Origin: Leptolyngbyaceae cyanobacterium
GTDB taxonomy: Bacteria > Cyanobacteriota > Cyanobacteriia > Phormidesmidales > Phormidesmidaceae
Reading direction: 5' to 3'
Assembly (NCBI GenBank): GCA_965263355.1
Contig: CBDHHL010000035.1
Location: forward strand, 18,255 to 82,254
Length of the DNA: 64,000 bases
Shown here piece after piece: positions 20,001 to 28,853 of the stretch (positions are counted from its first letter, which is position 1; every line of letters begins with the position of its first letter). The notes under the pieces are model-generated. The model was given only the letters and a program-made list of their open reading frames with translations. It was not told the DNA's origin and did no database searches. The translations under genes were made by a program, and so were the position numbers.

Positions 20001-20281
20001 GTCATGACTCAATTTTTCTGAGAGACCATGGTTATTTGGTTTCTTTCGACGGAAGGCAGACAGTCGTTTATGAGCATGAAGATGTAGGAAAAACAACAAA
20101 AAAGGGGAAGGAGCTAGAGGCAAGACATGGAGCGGTTGAACTTCGAAACGGAGGCATGGAAACAGAGAGCAATGCTGTCTCGAAATTCTACAAAGACACC
20201 GCATATTCACAGTTAAAGACAACAGACACAAGAGACTACGGTAATCCCGAGGATGCGGACGATGAGGGGCTATTTTTCTAG
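17099..20281 (+). CDS. DUF1073-type portal protein with a long C-terminal extension including an ADP-ribosyltransferase-like domain
   Basis: Portal motifs (IIHRSRVFWF, PPAVLFGEFSAGLGASGE) in about aa 1-480; C-terminal YHG...GIYGQGTYFA...A.TYA...KNPY...GHDSI. Confidence 0.8.
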   Translation: MDTYFPEPIYREDSLVNQATGVGLSKYDPSQSWDISWQNIRTLNRYQQSALASIGLMHRIVYTLPNACCRKWGTVTLDGGSQDDIESINKALINIPVIDSRRRRGGGGFRSAIRMALGLAFKTGNGALILDADDGRPLYEPLDLNNLKKIKSLRVASKWQVVPYFFHNDGPSYSHYQVFAQGFYTQGDVFNMSGTIIHRSRVFWFTGIEEDDEFIGNRYSLPGTDRSILDLVVEAFLEYYGGIKGAGRMIQDFDVIVHKIKGLAEMLQADCDGATSNAKSMVANSAAMNAKTRSAFRSYVADMDQEAIEHVTRQVGGYDGLLQTIKTYLLINTPYPPAVLFGEFSAGLGASGESQEEHALWNDTISQEHEAKISPNMVSLDPEFTGILGVVMAQQEGPTKGEILDNVGWKPNKLFEPTAQQQAALEKDRAVIIQTLGAIDKRFVSNAILSHYGGQEYQDTITLTEEYKAALEAEARLEQDPPGDEPEKPGPGGDDAELSPADGGTEDDVDLTQFAEFIDFDKTDSWGTDELFPHLDAKKKSKLQVGDTKTKNGKTYVFNENRRWALERKGGSKPKAKSKASSKAKKKGPQPGDTKQSKSGKTMVFNGETRRWRLQKPEDVRRTKAELKKAVEDKGTKLTPDEAREVIEESSTGRTAAREKAPEISVEEYKKLDAVDQQLAAPGQEKPPKDAPLSAKEFNPYANPDLTPQDFVKVWAARVRIEAQDNPAKAEGASELDLIATDFFGSSVKKKEDPNAWRKSFAESGLKKAAYRRAVASAIDEGFVPPDENWIKVNLSKKQASAYERNKAQLEKDREIVKAADKAIKYPLMTRDEAEGYKPTLSRAEAEAYAKNSFLGDLTMYHGNSQSVVDSIRNEGSQPELNRKGIYGQGTYFATLKHTAETYAGSLEENSTAANGLIAVKTKVKNPYITTINELDKVSAWFSGGPFGAEQSNGINSAALTEYMRAKGHDSIFLRDHGYLVSFDGRQTVVYEHEDVGKTTKKGKELEARHGAVELRNGGMETESNAVSKFYKDTAYSQLKTTDTRDYGNPEDADDEGLFF

Positions 20282-20473
20282 ATGAGTGAAATAAATTGGC
20301 TAGGTTGTAATTCTTGCAAGCACAAAAACAAGGGGGAATCCAAGTGTTCTGCCTTCCCTGAAGGCATTCCTTTCCCAATTGCTAACGGGAGCTTGGCCCA
20401 TACATCAAAAATGTTTGGCCAAAAAAGCGGCATTGTGTTCGAGCGGCTAAACGTCAAACCCTCGTCCAATTAA
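20282..20473 (+). CDS. Small Cys-rich protein (candidate partner/immunity for the portal ART domain)
   Basis: CxxCKH...CxAFPEGIP...H...GIVFE; starts at the base after the portal stop. Confidence 0.7.
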   Translation: MSEINWLGCNSCKHKNKGESKCSAFPEGIPFPIANGSLAHTSKMFGQKSGIVFERLNVKPSSN

Positions 20474-20499
20474 AACAAGTAATAACTCAATGGCCTGAT

Positions 20500-23445
20500 A
20501 TGACAACCACAGCGCTCGCCCCAAAACGAAGAACTGACAACCGCCCTTGCGAAGGCAGCTGGAGTGGAACATTGGGTAGCTGCGTGAGATCGAAGGCTCG
20601 CAAAAAAGGCCCCAATCTACGGGACGAAGCAACCCGAAAAAAGGCAATCGTCGACTTTATTGATAGTCATTGGGACGAGACGACCGCCCGTGAATGGATT
20701 CAGGATACTAACGAAGGCAGGGGAAAGCCTAAAACCATCCTAAAATGGCTAGACGAAGACTTTCAGGCAACAAAAGAACTAGAGGATTTAGTCAAGAAAG
20801 ATCCAAGCATGGCTGAAAGTGCTATGGGCGCTGATATAGCAGAAATCCAGCAAGAGATTAAAGACAGAAAAGAAAACATCGAATTATATAGAAAATACAT
20901 CAAGTTAGCGCCTCACCTAACTGATGATGACATCGACGAATTCGCTTACAAAGCTGAGGATGAAGACGAAAAATACAGAAAAAAGCCTCGCACTGATGAT
21001 GCTACTCCTGTCAAGCGCATTTTGAAATGGCAAGGCTTTGAGATTGGGATACAGTACCTGCCCTTTGAGAAACGTCATGGCCGTGTTTTACCTGCTGCTT
21101 ATGGTCACTTCCGTCGTACCCGTGGAGCTGATGGGATGGCTGTTGATGTGTACGTGGGGACCAACCTGGCTAGCCCTCTGGTGTTCGTAGTGGATCAGGT
21201 GATCGATGGGGCATTTGATGAGGAAAAGATGATTATCGGCGTTAATGATGCAGCTGAAGCACGCATGATTTATGGACAGGCCATGCCTAAAGAGTTTTTT
21301 GGTGGGATGCGTGAAATCCCATTGGCTGAGCTAGAAGAATATCGAGTGCCCATGCTGACTAAATCTGACGCTAAACCCCGACGACGCAAGAAAGGCTGTA
21401 ACGATGACTGTGAGTGCGAACCATGCCAAAAGGCTAGGAAGGATGCGTTGGATGCGATGTTAAAGGATCACATAGATGTGTTGACAATGAAACTAGACGC
21501 CAAAACCGGCACGCCCTGCAATAACCAACGGGGGTGGGTAGGGACTAAGCCAGGGTGTAAGCGCGCTAAGCCTGGGACAGCCACCAGGGTGCGCAGAATT
21601 GAGCGTAAACGGATGGGCAAGAACCCCGAGCCTCCGAAAGCTCGTACCATCACTGCTGCCGAGAAAGCAGAGCGCAGGGGACAGCTAAGCCTATTCCCAG
21701 CCGACAAGCCTCAGCCAGTACGCAGCCAGAAGAAAAAGGCACCGAGAGGGAAAGACCTGGCATTTGAATCGGCCTACAAAAAAATACCCAAGTCAGAGGA
21801 AGGCGGGGAATCATTGGACCCGAACGCGCCTCAATCATTTGGGGACTGGGTGGCAGAGGGTAAAAATGCTCAGCATGAACGGATAAGAAATAACCCTGAT
21901 GACCGCAGTAAGTGGTATCGAAACGCTGACGATTTCTTTATCTCAGAACTAAAAGGTTACGACACCAATAAAAACGGGAAAGTCACCAAGGTAGAGATTT
22001 TTGGTTTAAAGCCGATGCCTCTGAAGTCGGCATACCGGTTGGCCACAGAAAAGTACAACCAAAAGTACGGCAGCTCCCAGAAGAACGCAGCTAAGCGGAT
22101 GAGCCAGGGTGGAGCCACGCTGAAGATAAAAGAACCTCCTGCAGAAATAATCGAAGCTGCCAAAAAGAAAGCTGCTGCGGGGGAACGCAAAAACCTAACC
22201 AACGAATTCAACCAAAAGATTAAGGCGGTTCGCGCTATCGAAGACCCCGACGAGCGAGCCCGTCAAGCTCGTGAGTTAGCCATGGAGGCAGAAAAACTAG
22301 AGTCTCGCTGGGGTCGCGACCAGGGGTTAAGCAGCATCCGCAAAAAGGCCGCTAACTTATCCCGTGAGATGTTCCGGCGCACCGAAGCCCCACAGCCTAA
22401 GCGGGCCAATACGCCTGTTCGGCTAAGCAAAAAACAGGGCGAATCAACTCTATTCCGTGGGCCTAATGGCAGCTACTTTAGTATCGACTCTCGTGAATGG
22501 GACGCAGCGGTCGACGCACTAGCTAAGGTTGATGCGAAGAAAGCCGGGACACCTTGTAATGCCCAGAGGGGCTGGGTGGGGATGAAAAAGCCCGAGGGGA
22601 AAGGCTGTAAACGAGCAAAAAAAGGCACTGCAAAACGGGTAAAAGAAGTTAGGGGGAAGCGTACAAGCAAGAAAAATGCTCAGCCAAAGAAGATCGCTCA
22701 GCCGACCGACGTATTGACTCCAGAAATTAAAAAGCGACTTCTTGCGCACAAAAACAGGCCAATGGTGTCGCTAGAAGATATTTCAGCGAAAAGGAAAGAA
22801 GGTGAATCTATCGCCGCTGAAGTCAGAAGTGCGCTAAAAGGGAAAGCCGACCCTGGGCTTTGGCTAAAGAATGGGTTATTTGAAATTGCAGACATAAAAG
22901 ACTTTGGAGTTAAAGACGAAGATATTAGCTCAACTGAGTCCGTCGATAAGTTCTACAAAAATCTTGCTCGACAGATCCATCCAGACAGGGGTGGGAGTGA
23001 TGAGCAAATGGCTAACTTGAATGACCTAAGGCGTCAGCTGAAGTCTATTTCCAGACTCAGCTCCGAGACTAAGAAGCCACAGCCAAAACGGAAAGCTAAG
23101 GCCAAGAAAAAACGCAGTGATGCACAAGGCACCCTTATCTCAACCCTCCCTCGCCGCAATGGCAAGGTGAAATATCGTGGCCAGTGGTGGACGATTGATA
23201 AGGACGTTCCTGCTACTCAGAAGGGCAAAAAGCGTCAGGTTCTTGCCAAGAAAGGGGATCGGGTGATGCTCGTAGCCTTTGGGGATGACAGTTATCGACA
23301 TAATTACAGCCCTGAAGCCAAAGCAAATTACCTGACCCGATCTGCAGGCATCCGAGATAAGGATGGAAACCTGACCAAGAATGACCCATGGAGTCCTAAT
23401 TATTGGTCTCGTAAAGTGTTATGGCCTAAGGGGGACGCTGCATGA
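20500..23445 (+). CDS. Lys/Arg-rich multidomain (polyvalent) head-cluster protein: PPase-like domain, J-domain-like segment, viral C-terminal domain
   Basis: YGHF..T.GADG.AVDVYVG...FDEEK.IIG (PPase-like); FYKNLARQIHPDRGGSDEQMANLN (HPD motif); VAFG...NYLTRS...SPNYWSRKVLW. Confidence 0.75.
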   Translation: MTTTALAPKRRTDNRPCEGSWSGTLGSCVRSKARKKGPNLRDEATRKKAIVDFIDSHWDETTAREWIQDTNEGRGKPKTILKWLDEDFQATKELEDLVKKDPSMAESAMGADIAEIQQEIKDRKENIELYRKYIKLAPHLTDDDIDEFAYKAEDEDEKYRKKPRTDDATPVKRILKWQGFEIGIQYLPFEKRHGRVLPAAYGHFRRTRGADGMAVDVYVGTNLASPLVFVVDQVIDGAFDEEKMIIGVNDAAEARMIYGQAMPKEFFGGMREIPLAELEEYRVPMLTKSDAKPRRRKKGCNDDCECEPCQKARKDALDAMLKDHIDVLTMKLDAKTGTPCNNQRGWVGTKPGCKRAKPGTATRVRRIERKRMGKNPEPPKARTITAAEKAERRGQLSLFPADKPQPVRSQKKKAPRGKDLAFESAYKKIPKSEEGGESLDPNAPQSFGDWVAEGKNAQHERIRNNPDDRSKWYRNADDFFISELKGYDTNKNGKVTKVEIFGLKPMPLKSAYRLATEKYNQKYGSSQKNAAKRMSQGGATLKIKEPPAEIIEAAKKKAAAGERKNLTNEFNQKIKAVRAIEDPDERARQARELAMEAEKLESRWGRDQGLSSIRKKAANLSREMFRRTEAPQPKRANTPVRLSKKQGESTLFRGPNGSYFSIDSREWDAAVDALAKVDAKKAGTPCNAQRGWVGMKKPEGKGCKRAKKGTAKRVKEVRGKRTSKKNAQPKKIAQPTDVLTPEIKKRLLAHKNRPMVSLEDISAKRKEGESIAAEVRSALKGKADPGLWLKNGLFEIADIKDFGVKDEDISSTESVDKFYKNLARQIHPDRGGSDEQMANLNDLRRQLKSISRLSSETKKPQPKRKAKAKKKRSDAQGTLISTLPRRNGKVKYRGQWWTIDKDVPATQKGKKRQVLAKKGDRVMLVAFGDDSYRHNYSPEAKANYLTRSAGIRDKDGNLTKNDPWSPNYWSRKVLWPKGDAA

Positions 23446-23864
23446 ACTTCCAGCATCTAACCGGCCCCTACTTCGACAGCATTTGCCAATCTGCTGGGCT
23501 GCGCAATACTCGACTGAGAACAGTCCAGGGACAAGAGGTTAGGCCATCGCCACTGCTCAGTCACTTAGGGCAAGTAGGGAGCACTGATATTGGGTTCCAG
23601 CTAGAAGATACGGAATTGCTGGATACATGGGAGTCGTCAATCCCTCAGCAAACTCTAAGAAAATGCCTGGGTTCCAACTGGCAAACGAAGATCGGCCCTG
23701 ATCAGCTATGGCAAATCAATGACGGGAATGGTTGGAGGTTATATCGAACCTTTGGGCAGCCCCAATACAGTAACGCAGACGCTGGAGACCGAGTAAAATT
23801 AGTTTTTAAGGCTGATGTGAACAAGGACAACACCCTAGGCTTTGAAGCCCCATACGTACCATAA
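23442..23864 (+). CDS. Hypothetical virion morphogenesis protein
   Basis: 140 aa, ATGA overlap within the structural operon. Confidence 0.55.
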   Translation: MNFQHLTGPYFDSICQSAGLRNTRLRTVQGQEVRPSPLLSHLGQVGSTDIGFQLEDTELLDTWESSIPQQTLRKCLGSNWQTKIGPDQLWQINDGNGWRLYRTFGQPQYSNADAGDRVKLVFKADVNKDNTLGFEAPYVP

Positions 23865-23870
23865 CTAATC

Positions 23871-24806
23871 ATGCTTTTAACTGAAACCGACCAGCCATAT
23901 ATCGACTACCTAGCCGAGGTTTATATAGAGCATCAGGATGCTACTCCTTGCAATGCTGATCGAGGGTGGGTAGGGACCACCAAGAAAAGCGGTGGTCGTG
24001 GATGCAAACGCAAAAAGGGGACGGCTGCTAGAGTCGCTAGAGTCAAAGCAAAGCGAGCAGCTAAGTCCAAAAACAAAGCGGTTAGCCCCGACGACCGAGT
24101 GGCAAGGGCAAAGCTCAAAAAGAACGTCAAATTGTCTCCACGCGAACAAGTTGACAAAGCTGTCATAAATTCTTTTGAAGCAACAAAAGGGAAATCCAAA
24201 AAAGATTTAACTGTAAAATTCTTGGCAGACCAAGTTGAATCAGGTGGCTTCGCTAAAGAAGCCGGGAGTCGGTCCAATCAATTTAGTGCAGCGATGGGGT
24301 TGGCACGCGTTGCCGGGAATCAACAGGAGTTACTGGATGAGCTAGACAAGAGGGGGAAAGCCCGAGTCAAGAAAAAACCACAGAAGCTATCTCAGCGTGA
24401 AATCATAAAGCGAGCAAATTCAGGAGAGTATTTATCTAATGGGCAGCCTGAAGGGAGCAACACATTAAAAGACAGGGTTGGGAATGCTTCCAAATACAGT
24501 AAAGGTAAGCCAATCAAGACACAGGAGCAATTTAGCTCAGTAGCAAAGAGCGCTATATCCGATTTAGCAAAACACAGTGGGAGTGACCTTGTAGAAATTG
24601 CGGCGCTTAGAGAATCGATAGGAAATCGCGTAAGCGAAAGTGATTTCACAAAGTTCATGAGAGGCATCCATTCTAGCGGCAGTCATCGACTAGTTGGGGG
24701 AGCTGCAGAGCCTTCTAGCCGATACTCCAGAAACCAATTGATATCTAAAGGAGTTGAATCTACGCTAGGCGGACAGCGGTTTTATATAAAAGAAGAAACT
24801 CTCTAG
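23871..24806 (+). CDS. Basic head-cluster protein with a TPCN-RGWVG-GCKR tag
   Basis: HQD|ATPCNADRGWVG...GCKRKK shared with the 981-aa protein. Confidence 0.7.
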   Translation: MLLTETDQPYIDYLAEVYIEHQDATPCNADRGWVGTTKKSGGRGCKRKKGTAARVARVKAKRAAKSKNKAVSPDDRVARAKLKKNVKLSPREQVDKAVINSFEATKGKSKKDLTVKFLADQVESGGFAKEAGSRSNQFSAAMGLARVAGNQQELLDELDKRGKARVKKKPQKLSQREIIKRANSGEYLSNGQPEGSNTLKDRVGNASKYSKGKPIKTQEQFSSVAKSAISDLAKHSGSDLVEIAALRESIGNRVSESDFTKFMRGIHSSGSHRLVGGAAEPSSRYSRNQLISKGVESTLGGQRFYIKEETL

Positions 24807-24815
24807 CCCCGTACC

Positions 24816-25253
24816 ATGATCACCAACCTCAATTCCACCATCTCAGACCTCCGCACCATCGCCACCGATGCCTGGATCACTCAGGCTTTGCAGGATGCCT
24901 TGCCCGACATCAGCGACGCCTCAGCTGTGCGTTACGATGCCATCAGTCGCACCACAGAGTACAGCGCCAACTATAGCGGCAGACTGAAGCCCTCAGGGCA
25001 GAGTAGAGCAGGCGTAGGAAGTGACCCTGGCTATGCTCTGGATACAGGCAGGATGGTAGCCGATTTAGTTGAGCCAGCGATAGACGGCAAAAGTCTAACC
25101 ATTGGTAGCGACCAGGCGTATGCAAGCTACCAAGAGACGTTATTGGCTAGAAAGTTTGAGTCTGGAGAATCACAATATCCTAGCTTTTTTGACGATGAGG
25201 GTTATGCCGACGTCGTTGAACTTGCTATATTTTCGTTGTTTGAGGAGTTTTAG
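24816..25253 (+). CDS. Putative neck/tail-completion protein (HK97 gp10-like)
   Basis: LDTGRM...IGSDQAYASYQE pattern. Confidence 0.55.
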   Translation: MITNLNSTISDLRTIATDAWITQALQDALPDISDASAVRYDAISRTTEYSANYSGRLKPSGQSRAGVGSDPGYALDTGRMVADLVEPAIDGKSLTIGSDQAYASYQETLLARKFESGESQYPSFFDDEGYADVVELAIFSLFEEF

Positions 25254-25586
25254 CTATCTATCGACCAGGGAACTCAGGGAGATCGCAACACAGCACGCAT
25301 TCTTCCCCCGATCTTGTCTCGGCCACTATCTTGAAACAGCGCTCAAGATAGGCCGACTCTTTGATGACAGCGCCAGACATTCGTCTCAGTATTTTCAGCT
25401 GATCATCAGAAAGGTTGGCTGCTGGGACGAACAATTCCAACCCGCCAGTGGCTACTATCAAAAGATTGCCACTCAGGTAATACCACTCATGTACAACATG
25501 AGGATAGCCCGACTCTTGTATCATCCTTGCCATGTTTTCTTGACCTATGAAATTGCTATATTTTCGTTGCTTAAGAAGATCTGGTT

Positions 25587-26030
25587 CTAAACCCCACCCT
25601 CAACCTCACTAGTGTTGGTGCCTGGTGGCAGCCTAAACTCTACCTCAACTCTGCGCTGCCCTCGCTCGCGCCTAACCGTGCCAACGCTCCATGTACGGCC
25701 ATCTTGATGCACTACGTAGGGGTTGACTACTGCCCCTTCCTCTGCTGCCCTGGTGAACGTAACTCGCCCAACTGCTTTGCCATCCTGGGCGATGCGGACG
25801 ACCTGGAATGATGCGATAGGCTGGGTTGATGGGGGCTCTGCTTCCCTGGCTGGGGGCTTACTGCCACTTGCTGCGATAGTTGGCTGTGGTTCGCTGATGC
25901 TGCATATGCTTTCCAGGTTAATTAGTTCCCCCTGGTCTGTGATCATGTAGCAGAAAGGGTTAGCGATCGCAGGGGTGCCAACGCCAAGGGCTAAAGCAAC
26001 AGGCAAAAAATATTTAATCATATGAGGCAC
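25587..26030 (-). CDS. Secreted moron-like protein
   Basis: Signal peptide followed by CYMITDQGELINLESIC, a motif common in cyanobacterial exported proteins; antisense to the structural operon. Confidence 0.65.
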   Translation of the reverse strand: MPHMIKYFLPVALALGVGTPAIANPFCYMITDQGELINLESICSISEPQPTIAASGSKPPAREAEPPSTQPIASFQVVRIAQDGKAVGRVTFTRAAEEGAVVNPYVVHQDGRTWSVGTVRRERGQRRVEVEFRLPPGTNTSEVEGGV

Positions 26031-26270
26031 CTCATAAGAACACTATAGCTATACTTCAGTGCCCTCAGCCTACACTCAGGACTACCGTCCGCTACCTCGA
26101 TGACGCAGTTTCATAGATTCACCTTGATTCAGCCCTACTCTATACAGGGCTTAAAGCAAGACTCAGCAGGCTTTATAGAAGCTTCGCGTGCGCATGAAGA
26201 GAGTATGAGTAGTCAGCTATAGCTTTTTGTGGCAATGAGTATCATTAGGTAGCAATCACAGAGACCCACC

Positions 26271-26705
26271 ATGGCCACTATTTCTGAAATCTTGACGGGT
26301 GACGACGGCTTGATCACGTATTTGGACAATGCCCCTGAGATTGTGGGGATTTACCGTCGACTGCAAGTAAGGCCATGGAATTTCGATAGTAACAGCACTA
26401 CTCAGTCAACTGGTTTCAGGCTGCGTGACTTTAAGTCTGACAACACTAGTAATCAAGCCATGATGACGCGAACTGTGGCGTTAGGCAGAGTGTTCGAGAT
26501 GACTAGCAATATCAATGCCACATTGGAAGCAGGAGCCTACCTAGAAGAGCTGTGCAAGCTCCTACATAAGGCTGCTGAATGCGTTGTTCATGTAAGCGAG
26601 ATAGACCAAGTTTCGGGCAGCACTTTTGCCAAGCAAAACACCTCTAACCACAAATGGTATATGGTGATTTTTGTTCAGTTTGACTTAACATACTGGTATT
26701 CTTGA
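26271..26705 (+). CDS. Putative tail terminator protein
   Basis: 144 aa, just upstream of the tail tube; positional. Confidence 0.45.
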   Translation: MATISEILTGDDGLITYLDNAPEIVGIYRRLQVRPWNFDSNSTTQSTGFRLRDFKSDNTSNQAMMTRTVALGRVFEMTSNINATLEAGAYLEELCKLLHKAAECVVHVSEIDQVSGSTFAKQNTSNHKWYMVIFVQFDLTYWYS

Positions 26706-26718
26706 CGATTCAGGACTC

Positions 26719-27036
26719 ATGAAACTAACTACTACCGCATCAACATCGACTGAAGTTACGATTGACATTCAAGAAAAGTACTCCATTCAAAATGGGATGC
26801 CTTGCATTGACTTTGTTGTCAGCGGGCACCTGGTCGCTCGGCAAGAAATTCATCAACAACCTGTTGGGCAGGCATTCAGAATTATTAACAAGCTTTACAC
26901 CTTGCCAGAACCCATTCCTTACACTGATGCCACTGCCATGGACGTGTCTGGCATTAACCCTGATGTGTCTGCATTCCAAGGTTTTGTTGGAGCTGTCGTA
27001 CCCACGGCCCCAAAGAAAAACAACAAACCTGCGTAA
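26719..27036 (+). CDS. Hypothetical structural-region protein
   Basis: 105 aa with AGGA RBS. Confidence 0.55.
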   Translation: MKLTTTASTSTEVTIDIQEKYSIQNGMPCIDFVVSGHLVARQEIHQQPVGQAFRIINKLYTLPEPIPYTDATAMDVSGINPDVSAFQGFVGAVVPTAPKKNNKPA

Positions 27037-27115
27037 TGTCGGAATCCCCGACATTTATTGATATTTACAGCATGGCTAGCCTAGCGTAGAGGCGTCCTGA
27101 CCCGTCTTTACGCAC

Positions 27116-27910
27116 ATGGCTCTTGTAAAATCTTTAACCGATAAGGCCCGTAAGTCGGTAGCCACGGTTGCAATTAAACAGAATTCAACCGGCAACATTC
27201 TGATGACCCCAATCGCAGCAACAGGGACATTGGATACCGGCATCAATATTGCAGAATTGTCAGAATCCAACTGCCGAGGTGAGCAAGTTCGAGCAGCCAT
27301 CTTTAAGTCAGAAGAGAAGCCAAAACTACAGCTAGAGTACGGCATTATCACCCCCTTAATGAATTCGTTGAAGCTTGACCGAACAATGGGTGTTGTTACC
27401 GGGGGAAACACAGAGTATTACAAAGTGAAATTTCGGCTCCCTGCTGTTGGGAACTCATTACCTGCAAACTCTGCTGGAGTGTTTGGTAATGGACTAGCTG
27501 GGGGGGATGTTAGCACAACAGTTGGCGTTTCTGCATTTGGCAAGAATGAATACGGACTAAGTGAGGCTGTCACCATCGCAGCTACAGCAGCCCCCACTGA
27601 CACAACCACTATTGCCATTGGTGCAGATGGGGCGCTAACGTTCTCCGATGACCTTCAGAACGCCGACATCAACTTACTGATCCCTTACACAGGTGTTGAT
27701 TTCGCTGAAACTGGTGCTGTTGGCTACGGTGAATTGTCCGCACGAGTTAAGGTGATCAACCTTGATTTAACCGTAACTGAATGGGTGTTCCCAAAAGTGC
27801 AAGTTGATCCATCGGGGTCTATTCCGTTTGGTGGAGACAGCCAAACATTTGAATTCTTTGTTAATGGCGACTATACCTATCGCTCATATGCGCTAACTAA
27901 CGATTGTTAA
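27116..27910 (+). CDS. Putative major tail tube protein
   Basis: 264 aa, Gly/Thr/Ala-rich beta protein ending WVFPKVQV...IPFG...FEF. Confidence 0.6.
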   Translation: MALVKSLTDKARKSVATVAIKQNSTGNILMTPIAATGTLDTGINIAELSESNCRGEQVRAAIFKSEEKPKLQLEYGIITPLMNSLKLDRTMGVVTGGNTEYYKVKFRLPAVGNSLPANSAGVFGNGLAGGDVSTTVGVSAFGKNEYGLSEAVTIAATAAPTDTTTIAIGADGALTFSDDLQNADINLLIPYTGVDFAETGAVGYGELSARVKVINLDLTVTEWVFPKVQVDPSGSIPFGGDSQTFEFFVNGDYTYRSYALTNDC

Positions 27911-28569
27911 TCACTATTGCTGATCAATATTGCTGGCTGGGTAAAGCCTCAGCCTGTCAAATAGAAATCCTTGACGTTCTACTGAGAGAGCTTGAGGTTA
28001 AATGGCTGACCCATGGGCACGATACCAGGGCAATGCTTGAGCAGCCTTACTCTCAATTGGTGGGTAAGGTTTTGGCGATCATCCCCTCGGAGGCAGGGCT
28101 AGAGATCTCTATTGACCTACTCAGGAAAGATCTAATCGCATTTGAAGAGTTATTTTTTCGCTCAAGATCTGGACAAAGCCTGATAGCTGAGCATCACAAA
28201 TTCGAACCCAAGCTAAAACGACTTGAAGCAAAACCAGGTGAACCCGTCACCGCGCAGCATCTTCCTTTCCCAACGTCTGGCAATGCAGCTGACGACCAGC
28301 TGGCTGGTCTCTTAACCTCATTTGGGCCAGATACAAGCTTATGGGCTTGGCATAATTTAAGCCTGGATAGGATTGACAGAGTTCTTTACTCACTTAAAGA
28401 ACTGAACATTCCTGAGAATGATCGAATCGCAGCCTACGTAGCGCAACTTGCCATAGAGAAAGACCCCAGTATTCTTAGTATAGAAGATGCTGAGCGAGCA
28501 TTTGCTGACATGGAATCGTTTATCAGTACTGGCGAACTAAAGAATGGCTGGAAAAGTTCTCGGGGTTAA
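27904..28569 (+). CDS. Putative tail assembly chaperone
   Basis: Helical 221-aa ORF directly after the tail tube; positional. Confidence 0.45.
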   Translation: MLITIADQYCWLGKASACQIEILDVLLRELEVKWLTHGHDTRAMLEQPYSQLVGKVLAIIPSEAGLEISIDLLRKDLIAFEELFFRSRSGQSLIAEHHKFEPKLKRLEAKPGEPVTAQHLPFPTSGNAADDQLAGLLTSFGPDTSLWAWHNLSLDRIDRVLYSLKELNIPENDRIAAYVAQLAIEKDPSILSIEDAERAFADMESFISTGELKNGWKSSRG

Positions 28570-28817
28570 ACAAAAAAATCATTGATCGAACAACGCAAAA
28601 CCTTGGACCAAAGCACAAGTTCTCTTGCATACAGCCCACGATTCCCAGATTCCACTGCACTCACCTGAGGCCGACTCAGATGAACCGCCCTACCTAATTC
28701 CCCCTGGGTGAGCCTTACTCTTTTCCTCAATTGCTCAATTTTTTTACCCATTCTCTGATCGATTGAATTATCAGATGTCGGAATACCCGACATTAATTGA
28801 TGTATAGGGGCTTCCAT
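28566..28817 (-). CDS. XRE-family HTH regulator
   Basis: IEQLRKRVRLTQGELGRAVHLSRPQVSAVESGNR. Confidence 0.85.
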   Translation of the reverse strand: MEAPIHQLMSGIPTSDNSIDQRMGKKIEQLRKRVRLTQGELGRAVHLSRPQVSAVESGNRGLYARELVLWSKVLRCSINDFFV

Positions 28818-28853
28818 GGCTAGGCTAACGGCAGTAACAATCTCTCAGGAACT

